Shown: piece after piece, positions 40,501-45,218 of the stretch
Numbering within the stretch: the first letter of the stretch is position 1
Layout of the letters: each line of letters begins with the position of its first letter
NCBI GenBank assembly: GCA_964586975.1
Contig: CAZPJV010000002.1
Coordinates: 1 to 45,218, forward strand
Direction: 5' to 3'
DNA from: an uncultured Candidatus Saccharibacteria bacterium
GTDB lineage: Bacteria; Patescibacteriota; Minisyncoccia; Phycocordibacterales; UBA9973
DNA length: 45,218 bases
Notes under the pieces: generated by a model
Seen by the model: the letters and a program-made list of their open reading frames with translations, nothing else
Told to the model about the DNA's origin: nothing
Databases searched by the model: none
Position numbers and translations under genes: made by a program

Positions 40501-41172
40501 TTAATTAGCGTTATTAATAATGTTTTGAGTAATGTTTGCTGGCAATTGATACGCTCCCTCCGGTTCACGATAGCTAATCAGCAATATGGCCGCTATTGTG
40601 AGAAGGAATACCCATACAAACGTGAGCCACCTTTGATTATTTTTCTTTATTACCTCGAGTGCTTTAAACACTCCGGCGAGAACTAGTGCGGTCCCTAAAT
40701 ATTTATGGATAGTAACCGCTCGCAAAATAGCCTCACTAGTGCCGTGTTGGAGATGGGTAATAAACATGATTCCGATGACTCCAATCACTAGGGGGAATAT
40801 AAATCGCAAGAGCTGGTTTTTTTTCTGCCCCCGCAAATATGCGACTTCAGCGACTCCAGCGATTGTAAACAAGGTTGCCATAATCATGTGCTGAAGTTGT
40901 TGTGGATCATAAATGGTTGCTTTCCATGCGAGGGCCAATTCATTTAGATGATGCAAGAATGAAAATAATGGCAAAAAGATTCCCGCAACAATAATGATTA
41001 CCGGCCAAAGATAATCCGTTCTTTGACTGCGCAAATAACCGAGCGCTTGGACAAAGACAATGCCGGCAATTATCAAAAACAGTCCGCCTTCTACCCAGTG
41101 AGCGATATTTGAGTAAAGTTGTAACTCCTCGGGGGTATGTAGTTTCAAGACAATGGCTAAAGATTCCATCAT
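40501..41172 (-). CDS. Six-TM His-containing membrane protein, unknown function
   Basis: 223 aa with a threefold internal repeat of the pattern H-x(7-9)-L-x(2,3)-AG-(V/I): HWVEGGLFLIIAGIV, QHMIMATLFTIAGVA, IHKYLGTALVLAGVF. It lies between csoR and the copper ATPase. Confidence 0.6.
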   Translation of the reverse strand: MMESLAIVLKLHTPEELQLYSNIAHWVEGGLFLIIAGIVFVQALGYLRSQRTDYLWPVIIIVAGIFLPLFSFLHHLNELALAWKATIYDPQQLQHMIMATLFTIAGVAEVAYLRGQKKNQLLRFIFPLVIGVIGIMFITHLQHGTSEAILRAVTIHKYLGTALVLAGVFKALEVIKKNNQRWLTFVWVFLLTIAAILLISYREPEGAYQLPANITQNIINNAN

Positions 41173-41196
41173 GATTATTTTGCCACAAAATTATTC

Positions 41197-41463
41197 CTAT
41201 TTACTTGATAATATATACAAGTCCACTAATTCTTTTATCGTCCGTTTTTCTTGGTGCGCGAGCTGGTGCTTCACATGCGTGCGCAGGTGGTTTTCCAGAA
41301 GGAGCGCATCCAAACTCTTGAGCGACCGCTGAATAGAGAGCGACTGTTCTAAAAGCTTGGGACAATAGACTTCCTGCTCGATGGCTTTAATCAAACCCTC
41401 CAACTGGCCCTTGAGAATTTTAGCCCGGTGCACCGCCCGCTTTTTTAATTTTTGGTCTAACAT
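41197..41463 (-). CDS. csoR: CsoR/RcnR family metal-sensing transcriptional repressor
   Basis: 88 aa. RAKILKGQLEGLIKAIEQEVYCPKLLEQSLSIQRSLKSLDALLLENHLRTHV matches the DUF156 fold, with the Cys and His ligand positions present. Confidence 0.85.
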   Translation of the reverse strand: MLDQKLKKRAVHRAKILKGQLEGLIKAIEQEVYCPKLLEQSLSIQRSLKSLDALLLENHLRTHVKHQLAHQEKRTIKELVDLYILSSK

Positions 41464-41550
41464 TAGAATATAAGGGTTATTTGGTAATGCCCACTCGACC
41501 TCTATATACTCTATACCCCTATATCCTATTTGTCAAGCCTGCCTGTGGAA

Positions 41551-41586
41551 AACTAAAAATCCAGCAGGGGTCTTCTTACTGGATTT
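41551..41586 (-). terminator. Rho-independent terminator after kbl
   Basis: On the minus strand, AAATCCAG-(14-nt loop)-CTGGATTT followed by TTAGTTTT. Confidence 0.5.
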
Positions 41587-41633
41587 AACTAGATTTATGC
41601 GCAAGGTTAAACCTTGCGCAAAACCTTGCGCAA

Positions 41634-42860
41634 TTAGATTATGCCCATCTCCTTCCCTGCTTCGGCAAGAATTGCAAGAGCGCGGTCAAGGTGCGCGCGG
41701 GTATGCGCGGCGGAGATCTGGAAACGGAGGCGCGCGGTGTTTTCCGGCACGACCGGGAACCAGAGCCCCACTACGAAAAGTCCTTTCGCCAAAAGAAGTT
41801 TGCTCATGGCTTGGGTCTTGGCCGCATCCACGAGCATCACCGGCACTATCGGGTGTTCACCTTCTAAGACATTGAAGCCTAGTTTCTTTGCGCCCGCGCG
41901 GAAATAATCCGCGTTTGCTTTTACTGTTTTCAAAAGCTCTGGTCTTTCTTTCAATAAATCCAGTGCTTTAATTGAAGCCATTACCACTGACGGCGGCACC
42001 GAATTGGAAAAAAGATAGGTGCGGGATTTCTGGCGCAGGAGTTCCACAATGTCCTTCGGTCCCGCAATATATCCGCCCACCGCTCCGCCCAGCGCCTTGC
42101 CAAAAGTTCCGGACAAAACATCTACTTTGCCTTTCATGCCATAGTGCTCCGCCGTGCCTGCGCCGGTTTTACCCAAAACTCCTACCGCATGCGCGTCGTC
42201 CACAAAAAGTAAAGCCCCATATTTATCTGCAATCTCGCGGAGCTTGGGTAAATCCGCCAGATATCCCTCCATTGAAAATACGCCGTCGGTCACGATTATT
42301 TTAAATCGGTAATTTTTGTTTTTATCTTCTTCTAAAAATTTTTCTAAGCTCGCGAGGTCGCCATGGGGATAAATCCTCTTTATCATATTGTCGCGCTTGC
42401 AGAGCTTGAAGGCATCAATTATGCTGGCGTGATTGAGCTCGTCGCTGTAAATCGCGTCCATATGCTTACCGTCGCCACCTAACGCTTCGTTGATAATCGT
42501 TGCGAAAAATCCCAAGTTGGACATATAGTTCGTGGAGTAAAGAATGCTGTCCGCCGTGCCCAAAAATTCTGCGAGTTTTTTCTCCAGCTGTTTATGAATC
42601 GTCTCCGTGCCGGAAATAAAACGCACGGACGATAAGCCATAACCGTAAGTATTGAGGGCTACCCTCGATACTTTTACAATTTCCGGATCGTTAGCAAGAC
42701 CTAAATAGTTGTTAGCGGCAAACATCAGCACTTGCTTCCCTTTAATTTCCACCTCCGCCCCCTGCGCGCCCTCCAATTCCCTTTCCACTTTGAATTTCCC
42801 CGCCACCTTAAGCGTTTCTAAATCTTTTTCTATGCTTTCTTTTAATTTTCGGGAGTACAT
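41634..42860 (-). CDS. kbl: Glycine C-acetyltransferase (2-amino-3-ketobutyrate CoA ligase)
   Basis: Alpha-oxoamine synthase pattern: NNYLGL, SVRFISGT, DDAHAVG, and PLP lysine SGTFGKALGG. It is adjacent to tdh. Confidence 0.8.
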   Translation of the reverse strand: MYSRKLKESIEKDLETLKVAGKFKVERELEGAQGAEVEIKGKQVLMFAANNYLGLANDPEIVKVSRVALNTYGYGLSSVRFISGTETIHKQLEKKLAEFLGTADSILYSTNYMSNLGFFATIINEALGGDGKHMDAIYSDELNHASIIDAFKLCKRDNMIKRIYPHGDLASLEKFLEEDKNKNYRFKIIVTDGVFSMEGYLADLPKLREIADKYGALLFVDDAHAVGVLGKTGAGTAEHYGMKGKVDVLSGTFGKALGGAVGGYIAGPKDIVELLRQKSRTYLFSNSVPPSVVMASIKALDLLKERPELLKTVKANADYFRAGAKKLGFNVLEGEHPIVPVMLVDAAKTQAMSKLLLAKGLFVVGLWFPVVPENTARLRFQISAAHTRAHLDRALAILAEAGKEMGII

Positions 42861-43822
42861 TACTTGCCTAACTTCACTTTTAAATTCTTAAGCATATCTT
42901 CCACCATTTTTGACAAATCGTATTCATGCTGCCAATTCCAGTCCTGGCGAGCTTCCGAGTCATCAATGCTTTTCGGCCAGCTGTCTGCGATGGCCTGGCG
43001 CTGGTCCGGCTGATAGCTAATCTCAAATCTAGGTATATGTTTCTTTATCTCTGCCGCGATTTCTTTCGGCGAAAAACTGACGGCGGACAAGTTATAGGAC
43101 ATGGTTTCCCTTAATTTTTCTCTCGGCGCGTCCATCAATTCCAGGGTGGCGCGAATGGCATCATCCATATACATCATTGGCAGATAAGTGGCCCCCGACA
43201 AGAAACATTCATATCTGCCTTCTTGGATGGCATCATAAAATATTTCCACCGCGTAGTCCGTCGTGCCGCCCCCGGGCGGAGACTTCCAGCTGATAAGTCC
43301 CGGGTAACGCACACTGCGCACATCCAGGCCAAAGCGTTTGTTGTAATACTGGCACAACAGCTCCCCGGTATATTTGGTAATGCCATACATCGTGGTCGGC
43401 TCAATGGTTGTTCTCTGCGGAGTGTTTTCTCTGGGCGTGGTCAAACCAAAGACAGCAATGGAACTGGGCCAAAACAGTTTAATTTTTTCATCCAGGCACA
43501 AGTCCAGAATCTGCCGCAGACTGCCCATATTAAGTTCCCAGGCGAACTTCGGATTTTTCTCGCCGGTCGCCGAAAGCAACGCCGCCAAAAGATAAATTGC
43601 GGTTATTTTTTCTTTATGAACCAGAGCCCGGGTCGCTTCCGAATCCATGGCATCCAGATTGGCAAAAGGCCCGGTATCTTTAAGGAGCGGGCTCTCTGCG
43701 CGAATATCGGAAGCCAAAACGCTCTGTGAGCCGTATTTTTTCCGCAAGGCGGAGACCAGCTCAACTCCGATTTGGCCACACGCACCGATGACTAAAATTT
43801 TTTCTTCTTTGTTCTCCGGCAT
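42860..43822 (-). CDS. tdh: L-threonine 3-dehydrogenase (extended SDR/epimerase-like type)
   Basis: ILVIGACGQIGVEL Rossmann motif, ASDI, and YGITK (YxxxK), as in SDR-type TDH. Its stop overlaps the kbl start. Confidence 0.75.
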   Translation of the reverse strand: MPENKEEKILVIGACGQIGVELVSALRKKYGSQSVLASDIRAESPLLKDTGPFANLDAMDSEATRALVHKEKITAIYLLAALLSATGEKNPKFAWELNMGSLRQILDLCLDEKIKLFWPSSIAVFGLTTPRENTPQRTTIEPTTMYGITKYTGELLCQYYNKRFGLDVRSVRYPGLISWKSPPGGGTTDYAVEIFYDAIQEGRYECFLSGATYLPMMYMDDAIRATLELMDAPREKLRETMSYNLSAVSFSPKEIAAEIKKHIPRFEISYQPDQRQAIADSWPKSIDDSEARQDWNWQHEYDLSKMVEDMLKNLKVKLGK

Positions 43823-43834
43823 AGTTTTATTTTA

Positions 43835-44446
43835 TCACACTTTGGTTATGATGAGCCAATGCGCGGGTAAGTCGGAATATTCTTCGTTGACCTTGAACCC
43901 CAAGCTGAGGAGCAGGCGCTGGCTGGCGTTGTTCCGATCATCCAAACCAGCCCAGAATTTGATGTGCGGAAAATGTTTCTTGTAGGTATCCATGGCAAAC
44001 TGGGTAAAATTTTTCATTATGCCCTTGCCGCGATATTTCGGGTAAGCGCGGAAAGATACGGTATGCCAGTCGCTGTCTCGTTTCTGCCCATCGCTCCCGC
44101 CAAACTTGGGAGATTTTTCCCCCAAGGGCTTCGGCCCAAACCACACTACTGCCGCCAAGTCATCGCTCTGCTTGTGCACCAGAGCCAAAATCGTCCGACT
44201 CTTTTGATACCAGTCTTCGTAGGTGCCTTCTACAAATCGTTGCCAATCGCCGGTAAAATCCTGAAGCGCCGTGTCGCTCTCGTCCGCGGAAAGGTGGCGC
44301 AATTGCGCCACCTGCTCCTTGTTCAAACCTATCAGCACGTCAAATTCTTTGCCCTCTCGGCAAATGGCGTCAGCTAAGTGGATGGATTTATAAATAGACA
44401 GCGGCAGAGTGTATTTTTCTGTTCTGTCCCTAGGAATGATTTTCAT
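43835..44446 (-). CDS. GNAT family N-acetyltransferase
   Basis: Acetyl-CoA motif-like YRGKGIMKNFTQFAM, and the C-terminal N..S..LL..LGF pattern. Confidence 0.55.
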   Translation of the reverse strand: MKIIPRDRTEKYTLPLSIYKSIHLADAICREGKEFDVLIGLNKEQVAQLRHLSADESDTALQDFTGDWQRFVEGTYEDWYQKSRTILALVHKQSDDLAAVVWFGPKPLGEKSPKFGGSDGQKRDSDWHTVSFRAYPKYRGKGIMKNFTQFAMDTYKKHFPHIKFWAGLDDRNNASQRLLLSLGFKVNEEYSDLPAHWLIITKV

Positions 44447-44462
44447 GTGATTTATTTTAAAA

Positions 44463-45218
44463 TTACTCTACCGTCACGCTTTTGGCTAAATTGCGGGGCC
44501 GATCCACGTCCCGACCGAGCGCCACCGCCATGTGATAAGCGAAAAGCTGAAGGGGTATGGTGTTGAGCAGGGGTTCCAGAAGCTCCATCGTTTTCGGCAC
44601 ATAGATTACGTCTTGCGACAATTCTCTGGCTTCGGTGTCGCCCTCATTCGCCACCAAGATAATCGGGCTTCGGCGCGCGCGAACTTCTTCTATATTGCTT
44701 TTCATTTTATCATATAATTGATTTTGGGTCATGAGCGCGATAACGGGAAAGTTTTCATGCAACAGCGCAATCGCCCCATGTTTCATTTCCCCGCCCGGAT
44801 AGGCTTCGCTGTGGATATAGCTTACTTCTTTGAGTTTCAGCGACCCCTCCAGAGCCACGGGGTAGTTAACTCCTCGGCCAATAAAGAAAAGGTTGGGGTA
44901 ATTTTTATATTTTTCGGCCAAGATTTTTATCTGGTCGGATTGCTTAAGAATTTGATTCATCTTCTCCGGTATCTCCAGCAGGCCCTGAATCAGCCTCTCG
45001 CCGGTAGCAAAAGTTGTGTGTCGCAGACGCCCGAATTCCAGGGCATAGAGCAGTAAAATCGCCACCATATTGGTGTAGGCCTTGGTGCTCGCCACCGCGA
45101 GTTCGGGACCCGCGTGAATGTATGTGCCGGCGCCACATTCTCGTGCAATGGTAGAGCCGATAACATTGACTATGCCCCGTGTGACACCGCCTTTTCTCTT
45201 GGCTTCGCGCAGGGCCAT
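44463..45218 (-). CDS. glmS: Glutamine--fructose-6-phosphate aminotransferase, C-terminal SIS domains (5' end outside the window)
   Basis: SIS motifs, the EGSLKLKEVSYIHSEAYPGGEMKHG segment, and the canonical C-terminus NLAKSVTVE. Confidence 0.9.
   Translation of the reverse strand: MALREAKRKGGVTRGIVNVIGSTIARECGAGTYIHAGPELAVASTKAYTNMVAILLLYALEFGRLRHTTFATGERLIQGLLEIPEKMNQILKQSDQIKILAEKYKNYPNLFFIGRGVNYPVALEGSLKLKEVSYIHSEAYPGGEMKHGAIALLHENFPVIALMTQNQLYDKMKSNIEEVRARRSPIILVANEGDTEARELSQDVIYVPKTMELLEPLLNTIPLQLFAYHMAVALGRDVDRPRNLAKSVTVE

Noticed and set aside
1-45218. Alternative genetic code (UGA recoding, as in Gracilibacteria/Absconditabacteria)
   Set aside because: All long homology-supported ORFs are uninterrupted under the standard code, and TGA is used as a terminal stop (for example at 4231). 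The only in-frame stop seen is a single TAG at 35901, which is not the codon reassigned in those lineages.

Overview
Gene-dense, mostly minus-strand segment of a small, streamlined bacterial genome. By inference it fits a CPR/Patescibacteria (Parcubacteria-like) organism: there are DUF5671, DUF1573 and DUF3105 proteins, tiny GIY-YIG ORFs beside tRNAs, a short enolase and YchF, and very short intergenic regions. The genetic code looks standard, with no in-frame TGA in the long ORFs. Content: 6 tRNA genes (Ser-CGA, Glu-TTC, Val-GAC, Phe-GAA, Arg-CCT, Gly-CCC) and housekeeping genes (valS, leuS, lepA, ychF, tsaD, murJ, glmS 3' part, pyrD, gdh). There is a glycerate/lower-glycolysis block (2-hydroxyacid dehydrogenase, glycerate kinase, enolase, PEP synthase, PGI/PMI), a kbl-tdh threonine catabolism pair, and a CsoR-controlled copper P-type ATPase cluster joined to thiol-disulfide genes (CcdA, DUF1573, DUF3105). 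The unusual part is selfish or repeat DNA that ordinary gene calls do not explain. (1) A family of GC-rich inverted-repeat elements sits in frame inside essential genes (leuS three times, lepA). One leuS copy carries an apparently intact DUF559/Vsr-like nuclease domain between its inverted repeats. (2) leuS also holds an in-frame Nudix hydrolase domain with a perfect Nudix box. (3) A second hairpin family (CTGCCCGCC...GGCGGG) sits in frame in valS, murJ, leuS and ychF and inside truncated tRNA D-loops. (4) Two mini GIY-YIG nuclease ORFs are physically fused to tRNA genes and flanked by duplicated tRNA 5' halves. (5) A 1.6-kb AT-richer cassette with an orphan 503-aa ORF is inserted into the 5' end of an MFS transporter gene and bounded by a 46-bp perfect direct repeat. 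(6) A GC-rich orphan gene lies next to tRNA-Glu. There is also one frameshifted ABC exporter, one gene with an in-frame TAG, and many extended -10 boxes 6-8 nt from start codons, which suggests leaderless mRNAs. All calls come from reading the sequence and remembered family motifs; no database search was possible.
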